Assembly (NCBI GenBank): GCA_965655095.1
Contig: OZ296657.1
Span: 34,224,001 to 34,288,000 of the forward strand
DNA: 64,000 nucleotides
Origin: Haplodiscus bocki
Taxonomy: Eukaryota
Direction of reading: 5' to 3'
Shown here: one piece after another, positions 37,829-49,330 of the stretch
Position numbering within the stretch: the first letter of the stretch is position 1
Layout: the number at the start of each line of letters is the position of its first letter
Position numbers and translations under genes: made by a program
Notes under the pieces: generated by a model
What the model was told of the DNA's origin: nothing
What the model saw: the letters and a program-made list of their open reading frames with translations, nothing else
The model's database searches: none

Positions 37829-38076
37829 ACTTGTTGATCAAGGCTAGACTGATAACCCGCCAAATATAATAAAACACTGAGAATTTGGTGAAGCCGTTGA
37901 AGTTCAGTCAGATCCAAATTGATTCGATTTAGGTTGTATCGATTTTTCGAAGTGGAAAGTGTTGCCTGCTCTAAACAGACCAAAGTTGTTTTGGGATTCA
38001 CTCGACCAGTGAGGTTTGTAGTATTGGAAATGGGAATGGAGATGGATGTCTCGACGTAAGAACGCACGACTGACAT
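37825..38076 (-). CDS. Hypothetical 83-aa protein, possibly PC4-like nucleic-acid-binding
   Basis: Intact ORF in the co-directional gene array; its stop overlaps the next ATG. Beta-rich start followed by RINLDLTELQRL. The fold assignment is weak. Confidence 0.5.
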   Translation of the reverse strand: MSVVRSYVETSISIPISNTTNLTGRVNPKTTLVCLEQATLSTSKNRYNLNRINLDLTELQRLHQILSVLLYLAGYQSSLDQQV

Positions 38077-38100
38077 CTGTGGAAGCTGAAGTAAAAATGA

Positions 38101-38517
38101 TTAAACCGAAAACTCTTGGTAAATCGAGTTCTTGTAGAGTTTCAGTACAATCCAATAGGTAAGGCCAGTGATATGTCCGAGAAGCATACTGTTTGCGAAA
38201 AATGGTTTCTCGGATAGTGCGTAAACGTAACCGGGACAAACATTGTAAGTACTTCTCATGAACCCAAACGCATCATGGAAAAATGCATGAAGCCGAAATA
38301 TTTTAGAGCATTTGAAAAAGTGATCCAATTTGCTTTCACCGGGGCCTATGAGACCTCCGAACTCGGCGAATTTATTGACGAACTGCAAATTTATCTCGTT
38401 GTTCATACTGTAACAGACCGCTAAAAATGCATTTTTGCATCGAGTGTTCTTGGGAAACAGATATGTTATCATTTTTAGGGTATCATCTAATTCTCGCGGA
38501 GTTACAATAGTGTGCAT
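38101..38517 (-). CDS. Parvovirus-type phospholipase A2-like protein (138 aa)
   Basis: GGLIGPGES resembles the YxGPG calcium loop, followed at typical spacing by RLHAFFHDAFG, resembling HDxxY. Intact ORF. Confidence 0.65.
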   Translation of the reverse strand: MHTIVTPRELDDTLKMITYLFPKNTRCKNAFLAVCYSMNNEINLQFVNKFAEFGGLIGPGESKLDHFFKCSKIFRLHAFFHDAFGFMRSTYNVCPGYVYALSEKPFFANSMLLGHITGLTYWIVLKLYKNSIYQEFSV

Positions 38518-38575
38518 GATGATCTAGTTTAGGTGAAAAGCAAATGTTTTGAATGAAATTTCAATTGAAAATGGT

Positions 38576-39419
38576 TTAAGGAAATTGAGTATTTTCGTCA
38601 AAAGCGAATAAGGTTGAATGATAGTTCAAATCGTCTCTATCAAATAGTGGAATACTAGAGTTTTGCGCTTCAAAACATTCAAGGCATTGGCACTGAGCAT
38701 TGGAACAACCTAAATTCACTTTCAGCATGTTATGATGTGAAGCCTCCATTGTCCCAAAACCGCGCGTTAGAATGTCGATAAAATCTACAACCGAATCTTT
38801 GAAAACTGCGTCAGAGTTTTGTAGTTCCTGTAGCTTCTTACACAGGTGAGCAACTTTTTCTCCGTCGTCTATCCCACTGAATGGTGAATAGCATTCTCGT
38901 TGGTACTCCCAAATAACTTTAAATTGACAACCCAAATCGATCGTTGCCTGAGATGTGAAAATCTTTCTCAGCCTCTCACCATAAATTCGAAGAGTGTTTG
39001 ATGATTTCGTCATTTCCACCTTCAAAGTTTTCAGGATACGTGACGTTGCACAGCATGACTTTACAATCCTTTTGTCCACTTTTATTCCCGAGGGTTATTG
39101 CTAGTGTGTTTTTAAAATACTTTTCGGCTCCAACAAAACTCTTGATGTAGAACAGCAAATGAAAATGCGTTTCCGCTATCTCTGAGCATATATCTTCACA
39201 GCCATATGCATGAGGTCTTATAGTGTATTCAAAGTTTCTCGAAGCTGAGAGCGTTTTGAAGAACTCAGTCAGCGTTCTTGGTAATTCGATTCCATTCGTT
39301 TCAGCATATGTTTTTGCTATCTTTGAAGGTGGTGGAGTTGGGTCTGCTTCAAAATCCTCTTCGCAGTAAAATGTCAGATAATAAAAGTTGTTGGGAACTT
39401 CACGGAAGATACTTGTCAT
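38576..39419 (-). pseudogene. ~280-aa protein with HUH-endonuclease-like motifs (two overlapping ORFs, probable single frameshift)
   Basis: FYYLTF (motif I-like) and ETHFHLLF (HUH + hydrophobic) lie in 38976-39419. The second frame (38576-39079) has a Cys cluster CSNAQCQCLEC. No helicase Walker A motif. Confidence 0.5.
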
Positions 39420-40038
39420 GGCGGAGGCGTTCGACTAAATGACTACTCACCGCTACCTAATTTATCAGCTAAAACTTTTACTCTGTTACGCAATCTTTCT
39501 TTTCCTGATTTTTGGAATTTTCCATAAGTGTAGTCACCTCAAGTGAACCTTCGAACATTCAAAATACCTTCTTCAAGGTTTACCGATTTCAATAATATTT
39601 GTAAAGTAAGTTTCCTATTCTTTGGAGCAGGAACTACTTCCTAGGAAAATTCCAATCGGCTTCTATGAACACTGTACTGCTGTTTTCCTTTTCAGGTCTT
39701 TGATAGTTAGCTTCTCCGTTGACGCCTCAATTTCAACATATGTCTAATACTCTCTTTATTTAACTTCTGCACATTTACTTCTTCAATTCCTTCTGTTACA
39801 AGCTACTGTGGCATAAAAGTTGGTATAGTTTTATGTTTTAACTACGAGATTTGGGATGAAATCAAATTTCATAAATGAACAGTGTTTCGATTCAAAAGGG
39901 TAGTGAAGCGCAGGTGGTTGTGAAGAGCCTCGATCCTAGGAACTGTGTGCTCTTGCTGCAGGCTTAAGCACTTGTGCCACACTGCCTGTTCAGAGGGATG
40001 TATTCTTTTGGTTTTCTTGAAAAATCGCGAATTTAGGT

Positions 40039-40266
40039 CAAACTTCATGACTTTTCGCCACACTATGTAGATGGCTAAATGTTAGAATAGAAGTTTGCTC
40101 TTACGAACTTCATATTTGTTCAGTCAACAAAGAAACTAAAGTGCGATAGTGAACTTTGACCGTGAAATTGTTCCACAGATATCGAATAGGAACATCGAAT
40201 TGCTATAATACTGTAGGGAGCACGAAAGTGTTCGGTAACCCCCCCCCCCCCCCAACCTATACTACT
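40039..40266 (-). repeat. Polinton right terminal inverted repeat
   Basis: Reverse complement of the left TIR; contains a C15 tract and ends CCTATACTACT followed by the TSD TTGATA. Confidence 0.95.
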
Positions 40267-41439
40267 TTGATATCGTGTTTAGAGATATTTTATCAAACCA
40301 ATAGTTTTCTTGGAAGAACCGGGCTCTTGTTGCGAGTTTTATACTGTCTTGTAATTTGAATTTCGAGAAATTGTGAGTGGAGTATTTGTTCAAAAGTGGC
40401 GTTTTCATAGCAATCAGTCGGAATACAGCCATCTGATATGCCCTTCTAAAACTTCGCATGGTCATTTTTGCTTGCCTTTTGGGGTCATTGTATTAGTGAC
40501 TTTGTTGCCCCTTATCCAGTACAATTGCGAAGCTTCATCTGTCCAATTGAATTTTTTCCGCAGAGCAGCAAAAACTTTTCAGTACTATCGTAGCAAACGA
40601 TTTCGATTTCTTCTCACAAAGTGAAGAATGTTTCTGCGGCGTTCTGGTGAAAGTGTTCCGTCATCGTCTGAGTTTCTTGGTACTCACACCTTTGAGGAGT
40701 TTTTGGTTGTTTTTCTTCCGGCAGAATATCTCAACATCACTATTTCGGCAAATATGCGTTAATTTGCTGCAAATTTATTCGATATGTTTCCGGTACGTTT
40801 TGTGAATGTATTGCATAATTTTGGAATGATTTCAGCTTTTTTTTCGAAAAATTTTCATTTGTGTTGGTTCGATTTATCAGAGAATGAAATCCTGTTAAGT
40901 GTACCACCTTTGCAGGGCTACGCTTTGCCTCTATATTACACTTGCGACTAGCGAGTGGTATAGAATAGAATCGTCTACCATTTTAACCCGATCCTTTCAA
41001 ACTTTTTATCGGCTTTTCAGCTGTTCACTAGTGCGCTAATGAAATATTAAATGGGAATTTCAGTTAATTTGCTTGTTCAAGTTGCCTGGCGAGCGCGCGA
41101 TTGAAAAGTAATCAAACCGTTAACCAATGAACCAATATTATATATTGAATAATTGCTGATATTTGACGGTAAATTTTCTTCTTGTTTGCTTTTCTGAAAC
41201 AATTTGCTTCATACGCATCTTTCCGTTGCTAAAAAATGTGCAATTTAGAGAATCTACAGGGAAGCAGGTACACAAAACTTCTTAGACTGGTAGAGTGAAA
41301 TTCGAAAGATGTTTACTTGCGTGTCTTTTGGATATCTGTCTTGCTTGGATTGTGGCCTTCTAGTCCTCTTTCGAAATTCCGCAATAATAGACAACCTGCG
41401 GAGATACGCATTTGCTTTTTCAGATTTCTCATACTTTAC

Positions 41440-42130
41440 ACAACAAATCTTTCGACTGGTTATTTGTATTTCGAAAACTTTTTACTTGCATCTTTTTTTC
41501 ACACTTGTTTTTTTCTGGGAGATTGGATTGTGGCCATGAAATTTACAATTTGAGTCCTGATAAGTAGGGTTGCTTTTGAATGGGTAATTTTCCTATTTTG
41601 TTTTCAGTGGAAGCGGTTTTTTTTATAAATGTGGCTTTTTTGAAAACTTCACGAAAGTCAGTTCGGTGGTTTTAGTTTCCTTTGATCGGTAATTAGTCGA
41701 TGCCCTTCCTCAACTTGTTGCATGTGTTTGAAGTGCAGCTGGCCTGTGTTGGACGCTTTTTAACGTTGGATGAAGCCCGAATTTTTGAGGTTGGATTTTC
41801 TCACCTGTTATCGGGACGTCCCACTTTTTGTTTTTCGCGCGAAATAGCTATTTGAATTCTGAATTGCATTTTGAAACTCGGAACTTTTGTGCGTCTTTTG
41901 TCAGTTGTTTTTCTTTTCATCTACTGGTTGGATTTCGGCCGTTCAAGGCCTAATTTGAATACTGATACGTAGGGCTGCTTTTGAACAGCTGTATTTTCCA
42001 TTCCTTTATTCAGTGCTACCATTTTTCCTGTACACTTTGCTGTATTGAAAACTTCGAGAATCAATTGAGCTGTTTTCTACCGTGCGGAATAATTTGATGC
42101 GCTTCCTCACTTTCTTCGCAGGTGTATGTA
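41440..42130. repeat. Old degenerate tandem duplication, period ~405 bp
   Basis: GGATT.(T/C)GGCC...GTAGGG(T/C)TGCTTTTGAA...TTGAAAACTTC...GATGC.CTTCCTCA occurs at ~41524-41712 and again at ~41930-42110. Confidence 0.5.
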
Positions 42131-45100
42131 GATACCAACAACCTCATCAAAACTAGTCCATTTTTCTTTATTGTATGTCCTTTCACCAGCTCGAAAAACG
42201 GTTGTGTCCTGAATTGACAAAAAGGGTGCCGAGGTTATATGGCAGAATATGTTTCAATTTGAAAATTGATGCTTAAATCAAAATATTATATCAATTTCTG
42301 TGAATTTAGCTGGTAATTTCATCTTGCTTGACAAATGTTGTGGCTTTAATAGTCCTGTGACTCACATGGGCCGAGTTTCAGGTGACTGGTGTAACAGCCG
42401 CTTTTCCAAAACCTGAAACTTTACGAAAACTTTCGAACCTCTAAAGCTTGTACTGCCATTGTCGTTTTTGTGTAGCTTAACATAAAGATCTTGTTCTCCA
42501 TTCTGAAGTCAAACTTGTACTACGATAATTACCCTGTTTGTAAAATTTCTACTGGTTAAATTGAAGTCTTGTTATTCTTAGTCAATCTTTTCACTTGAGC
42601 TGTTACCGGTTTGTTTTTCTGTACGGTATTTTGATGTACTCATATTTCGGTACAGAAACAAAAAATATTGCTCTAATATGGGCGGCGAGAAGGAATCCTC
42701 ACAAGGCTTTCCACCTAAAAATGACGCAGTCAGTGATGGCAAAGGGGCCTTAAAGAAAGGGCCCTGAAATTGTTGGTGGCAATAAGCGAGTACGGGGAAA
42801 AGGGGAAAGCGAGACCATTCTGCAGAACAGGGATATTGGTGGAATTTTTGAGAAAACATTTTCTCAAGAAATCTTTTATTTATGACCTAGAATGGTTCCA
42901 AGAAAAAAACATCGATGCTCAGTTTTGCAACGCAGGGACCCAAAATGACGTTTCATTGCTGTATTTCCTTCAGAATGACTAATTTTTACAACATTTTTTA
43001 CGAAGTTTCAACTATAGTGTTTTTTTGCCCAAAATTATTGCAGTTAACTAGTTATGTTTTCAATGATTAGTGTGAGAAATTGGTATTTCATCTAAAATTA
43101 TGCGGATTATCTTCAATCTCATTTCATCTCATAGTTGTGTTTAATGTTTTGCCATGTCTTCATTAACATCTGTTGCGTTGGTACAACCTATGCCGTGATA
43201 ACTGTAAACATCGTCTCTCTATAATCTTGGTTACTAATATTTATTGGATCGTTGAGTTTGTCGGTTTCGCGATATAATTATTGAAGTTTTAGCAACCCAC
43301 GGTGCTCACCAAAATTCTCAAAACTTATCTATCACCAGGTTCTCCAAAGTTGACAGGACTCTTTGATACATAAAATTATGAAATCTAGTGTAATATATTG
43401 ACCACAAAGTATCTCGCCGCTTTAGAAATAATATGCCTGATGCTGAATTTAGTTCCATCTGAATTCTCCATCGTTAGGTTTATGCTATTTCTAATCGATT
43501 ATCATAACGTTTTAGTTTGACTTGAAACGGCAACGCAGATATCGGTTATCAAAGTTGGCTCAGATAGAAGTAAATTTGCAAGTCAAATCTTGCAATGAAT
43601 TATAACTTGAAACCAATAACTAATTTGCAATTGTGACCAAACTGATTCTCCTTCGAAGGGCAATTCGAAATTCTCAAGTTTAAATATTTCATCATATTTT
43701 ATAATTTCGTGTTCTCAACGACTTGGCTGTGATGCTGAAATTGTTCGCTTAAAATTTGATTAGAACATTTCTGCGGTCTAACGGTTAATGTGTCTTGAAA
43801 GTCTTCATCTGGTTTTATAGAAAAACATCAAAGTAATTGCATTAAAGGTTAGTATCTTGTTATTGTTTGAATTTCAGGCTATTTAAATTCTGTATTTGGA
43901 TTTTCCAGGAAGTAAACGCGTTATTTGTGAAATTTGCATTACTGGGATCTGTTTTCTAGGTCAAAATGCTTAAGATTTCAAAATTTGCTCAAGTCTGCAT
44001 ACATATACGCACGTGAATTGAGCATTGTGCATCGGCTTAATTTCTCTACGGTTGAACTAAAACATCTTTGCTCTTGCCAGGCAAAATGCTGTCCATCTAG
44101 GGTTTGTTTCGTTGAATCATATTCTGTCTCGAAACTTATTCACGGTTTCGTTTCATCTTTTAAGAAACTTTCTGTAAATGGTCCTTTTCGAGCACCTATC
44201 TTATGTTTTATTCCTTGAAATCACGTTGCTTTCTCATTCGGCATTTTAAAGAAGTGTTACGCTTTTTATTCCGTTTTCTGAAATTGTGGTAAACCAGGGT
44301 TTCCTTATGTTGAATGTAAGTTTCAGATATATTCTATGTAGAATTACGATGCGATTGCACTAAAAATTCTGAATTTTTAAATTTTTTCAAATATTAGCGT
44401 GTAACAGATTACCTTAGCTACATTTTATTCTTTAAGATGTTCCGAAGTTGAATTCTTCAAACATTTCGAACTTTTTTTAAACGACGTTTTCTCTGAAGCA
44501 AAACGTGTTTTACAACGCTATTAGCGAATGAAGTTAGGTACAGTAGTGAAAATAAACGCATCAATGCTCAAATTCGAATTCAATGTCCTTCAGAAACTAT
44601 TTTATCGAGTATGCAATCGTTTTCGTTGAAACTTTACGGTCAAAATTGCAAAAGTTAGGAATAGCTATTTTTCGACAATTTCTGCTCATATTAGAATTTT
44701 TTTCCAGTTTTTGATCAACTTGCAAAATTATTTCTTGACAAATTTTACACTGAAACTCCCTTGATTGCACTGAAACCATTGATATATTTTTTGAATCAAA
44801 AAACTAATTTGAAATGGTAGAATAGCGAACTCCCAAAATAGGGATTTCTGAATTTATATGAATCAACATAGGATTTTGAAATTTGCATACTTGAAAACCT
44901 CCATTTTGTAAAAACTGTAACTTATATCGGCGGCTTCAAGGAATTGTATTGGCGAGAAAAGTTTGGTTAAAGTCAATCTGTTACACGCTTAAAATGGGTA
45001 AAAGTGGGAAAATAATGGAGATCGTTTAAAGTAGACTAATAAAGTGAGCAATCTAAATTAGCAAATAATTAGCATTTAATTTAGGTCTATTTTGTGTGTG

Positions 45101-45250
45101 TTGATGCGTTCGATTTTATCCGTACTGCAGCCTGCAAGGCGAAGTACAGGACCTTGACGCTGAAATCTCAATGGAAAACAATTTAGAAATCACATGACAG
45201 CATGTTTTTCTAGTTGATAATAAATTTAACAAATAGACTTCAAATTTTAT

Positions 45251-46950
45251 TTACAAATCCAGCTCACGGATTGTCTTACACAAAAACCAAAGTGAATCGT
45301 TGTAAAATTTCAAACATTCTGCAGGTGTTACCATAGTTAAAGCGGAAAAACCTTCCATTTCCAGACTTCTCCATTCTACTAGGGTCTTTTGCCCGCTTTC
45401 ATCGATGTTTCTCTTACATCGACCTGAGCCATTTTTCCTTTCATTGCCAATTTCCAAATTGAAAATGTTTCTTCAGTAGTGTTCAACATGGGTGAGCAGC
45501 AGAGTAGGAGGCATTTTGTAAGTTTTTATATAAATAACAAACAAACAGTTATTTATCGATAAAAAAAGTGTTTTTTTTGTAATTTATGTAATTTATTCAA
45601 GTTTACTCAAGACAGTACTGAAACTTATAGTTTGTTGAACCTTGAATAAAAATGGAAGTTTTCCAGCTTTTTCGTGCCCGAGTTGAGCTCGAAGCTTCAC
45701 GTAAGTTAAATCCAGTGTTGAGAAACTGTGCTCCAAGCTTGCCGTAGTAGGGGAAGCAGTCATGATAGTCACTGAAAATTGGATCATGTCTTAACTGAAC
45801 CCCAGTTTCTCACCGGCTCCCCACAACGCACCAGGTGCAACATTTTTATAGTCATCCTAGAATAGATATCCATGATATGGTGTGTACTTCGCAAGGTAGT
45901 TAGTAACTTCGGGAATGAGATTTTGGAATTACTCTCGGATGTATGAGAGTCTTCTAGCAACTTCGGTTAGAGTCCATCCGAGGCTCGTTGGTTAGCGTGG
46001 ACCACCCATCCATTGCAAGACTTCCGGAGCAGTTCATCAATTTGTCCCTAACTTTGGCCTGTTATTTGTACGTGAATTTCGTCCAGAATGGGTCTAGCAT
46101 ATTTCTTTCGGGTAGGCTAAAGAATATAATATTCATGCTGTATGGCCCAACTTCATCCAACAACTTTTGTTCCCCTGGTTTCAGCACATTAAACCCGTCA
46201 AAATGCTGTGGTTCATATTTTTATGTTTTTGAGTCATTTGCTGAATAACACTGTTAAATAACATGCCAGCCCTGATGAGCAGAGGTGCATTTTTTTGAGA
46301 GTATGCAGGGCTGGATTTCTGGTAAAATCGACGTTATCGCATTTGGCGTTGTCAAAAAATATGAGACTTTTCCGATCCAAAACTTTTACTGAGGCGTTGG
46401 AGTACCCAGCTGTGGAGTAATTTCCAAAATCATGGTAACGTTATGACCTATCTATCTGCTTGTAACGCAGCAGCTACACTTCCTTTTGTTTTTCCTTCTT
46501 CCCTTTTTGATCCTGACATTGAAACCAGGGCTCTTTTCCGTTTCTCTCCCCCCCGGCGGATTATCCCCCTCACCCCAATCGAAGACGTCGCTACTTCTAC
46601 CAGTGTATTCACTGAATACGTCGTTTCGTTTGTAAGGATGAATAACTGTGTTTTAAATTGATGTATTTATGCGTTCACAATTCTTTCGATAGTTTGTGGT
46701 GAAATTTTAGGTGCATCAGGTGACTTCAAGGGTAATTGAGAGTTGATTTCGTTCAAAGTTGAAATACAGTTTTCTGAGAATACTTTTTTCAGAACTTTCT
46801 GTTGCTTTTCCGATGAAATTTTACAATGGTGACAGCCACTTTGCTTGATGAAATAACCCCATTTCGTACGAAATGGCTTCAACCATTGCTCCGACGGTAG
46901 TTTCTTTGATAGGAAGTGGTTCTAATAATAAAACAAGATGGCCGGCTAAC
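45251..46950 (-). mobile_element. IS630/Tc1-family (DDE) transposase remnant, interrupted by a hAT element
   Basis: In order: STLNEINSQL...ISPQTIER, KRALVSMSGSKR...VAAAL, LIFFDNAK. Removing the hAT and one TSD restores CSPMLNTTEETFSIWK (cf. YSPxLNPIE). C-terminus VTPAECLKFY...ELDL*. Confidence 0.8.
45500..46274 (-). mobile_element. Internally deleted hAT element (775 bp)
   Basis: 8-bp TSD gtgagcag (45492-45499) vs atgagcag (46275-46282). CAG...CTG ends. Dimerization-domain remnant TASLEHSFSTLDLTYVKLRAQLGHEKAGKL is similar to the 19-20 kb hAT. Confidence 0.8.
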
Positions 46951-47089
46951 ACCGGCTCATTTTTCGCCCAATTACAAAATTTTTGATCAACTTTTGCAAA
47001 CAATTAAAAAAAGGAGACTACTATTTTGAAAATAGTTTTCAAAGGTATTCCGCACACATCATCAATTCCACCACTAATTTGTACACTTC

Positions 47090-49330
47090 TTGGTGTTATC
47101 GATTTGTCAGGGTTGCGAAGCAAATTACCAAATTCGAGGTATTATTATTTTTCTGAATATTCTGGGAAAAGCTACTAGAAGTGGCATTTTTGCCAATTCG
47201 TCTATGAGAAAACGAATGCAGGCAACATATTTTGCAATATGTTTATCGAGTAACCTTATAGACAGACAAAACTGTCCACTGAGAGCTGGATGGAAGAAGT
47301 CCAGTCGGTAGTTTTGGAGACAGATTGTTGGAATCTGAAGAAGGATTACATGCATATGCAGGTTTTGGAATTCTCAGCCAATCAAATTTCTCCTGAGAGC
47401 AATAAAATTTAAGGGTTCTTTCAAAACTATTCAAAACTGAAAAGTTGTCGATTGACGTCTTGTTGAAGAAATGCAGCCGGTAGTTGTGGAAAAAAAGTTC
47501 TAATTCAAAGAAGCATCATACATATACAAAATTTTCGGGGGCCTTTCAAATTTCCGAAGAAAGGCTGGAAATCTGGGTATTGTCGATATTACAAAAACGA
47601 AATTGTTGATTGAGACCTCGACGGAAGAAGTCGTGACAACGGCTTTGGGGGAAACCGAGTTTAAACATCAGGACGAATCAAAATATTTAATTTTTTGGCT
47701 AGTTTGGCCCCTCAAGTTTCCGTTGGATATAACTAAATACCTTGCTTGGCAATCATGTAACTTTTTATGGATGAAAATTGTCGATTGATACCCTGATGGA
47801 TGAAATGCAGTCAGTAGTTTTGAAAAACAAAAGGTATGATTCTCAAGATGAAGCGAAAACTTTTGAACTTTCTTGCGATTTCGGTGCTTGGTTTTTCCGA
47901 TGTAAGAAACGCTGCTCAGAAAATATTCATTTAAGGACGTTTGAAATTTGCAAAGTTGTTGAACAAGATCTGGATGTGGGAAATTCTGCGGGTTGTTTGG
48001 AAAAGAGTCGAATTTGATCATCAAGACATCATACGACAATTCTTTTTTGGCAATTTCTGCCTATAAATTTGCGTTGTAGGGGACCAAATGCAACATTTGA
48101 CATTCCCGTTTGTTTCGTCAAGTTTTCGAAAAAGTCGAGTGATACCTTGCTAAATGAAATACAGCCACTGGTTTTTGAGAGGCAGGTTTGTTTTCCAGGA
48201 AAATCAGCCCACTTCCACTTCTTGGCTTCATCAGTCCATAAATTTGGCGATGCGAGAAGTTTTTCCGGAAGCATGACCTTTTTCTGCAGATAGAAAATTG
48301 GTGATTGAGGTTATGATAGAAGCTACCGAGATTATTCTGAAGAAAATCGAGTCTTTCTCCAGACGATGTATACAATTATTGACAGTTTCCGCATACGAAG
48401 TTTCCGGTACGAGGAACCAAACACAATATTGGACAATCAAGTAGCGTTCTGTTAGTATAAAAACATGGACTGATGCATTCATTGAAGAAATTCAGATAGC
48501 CTGTAGTTCTGGAGAAGTTTAGGTTTGAATTTCAAGAAAATTCATTCTATGCACTTTTTGGCTCAATCCATCCAAAAAGTTTCCCATGGAAGAAACGGCA
48601 ACGAAGAGATTGTTGTTGGAGGGAGTTTTGCGAAGTCGGGATTTGTTGATTTAGACATTGTCGCTACGGGTATAGCTGGTAGTTTTGATGAAACCTTAGA
48701 TTGATTATAAAGGTTGATCATACATATAGGTGTTTTTGGCTAATTTCCGTCAAAGGAGTTTTTTGCCAAGGTCAAACCGCCCATTACCTAATGCTCAATA
48801 CCCTTTTAATTGATGCGAGTGAGACGTTGGTGGAAGAAAATCAGCATTTACTTTTGAAGAAAATTGGGTTTTAATTTCGATTTCGAGAATTACCTGTCTG
48901 ATATTTTTTAGCAGAATAAATTCTTGCTTAAGGTGCCAAATATTCGAGCCGAAGTACTCCCATAAGAACGGATTATTCACAAGTTGTATATTTTGGATTG
49001 TGGCCCTGATGCAATAATTCCAGTCGGTCGTTTTTGGAGGAAAATGACTTTGAACATCGGGAATGTTATTTACCATATGTTTTTAAGCCTGGTCTGACTC
49101 TAAGGACTATACAACATGCAAAGGGATGTGTTGCCTGAAAAATGATGATGAATGCACTTTGAAGTCCTGATAAGAAAACAAGATACAGGTACCCGAGGAA
49201 TCTTTTCAGGAAATACAGTTCAGTTTTTCATTATGGAATTCTTGTTATAAAATGAAGATATATTTTTCGGATGGTTGAAAGTTATCGAAAAGTCGTCGAA
49301 TTTTTTCCCTTGTTTTCCAAAAAAGTTGGA
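47090..49330 (+). repeat. Degenerate ~172-bp tandem repeat family, cluster C (~12 units)
   Basis: The core GATGGA.GAA.T.CAG.C.GTAGTTTTGGAGA recurs near 47290, 47462, 47622, 47795, 47972, 48150, 48311, 48481, 48664, 48827 and 49006. Confidence 0.75.

Larger units (their letters stand above)
29674..40266 (-). mobile_element. Polinton/Maverick-type endogenous virus (10,593 bp) lacking pPolB
   Basis: Begins AGTAGTATAGG and ends CCTATACTACT. ~227-bp TIRs. Identical 6-bp TSD TTGATA at 29668-29673 and 40267-40272. Encodes RVE integrase, packaging ATPase, penton, major capsid and adenain-like protease. Confidence 0.96.

Noticed and set aside
38660-39085. GQKDC and CLECF strings recalling the AAV Rep C-terminal zinc finger
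   Set aside because: The strings are very short, in different frames and far apart; likely chance.
40267-40465. Host ORF interrupted by the Polinton
   Set aside because: The frame continues only ~23 codons across the TSD and has no recognisable motif.
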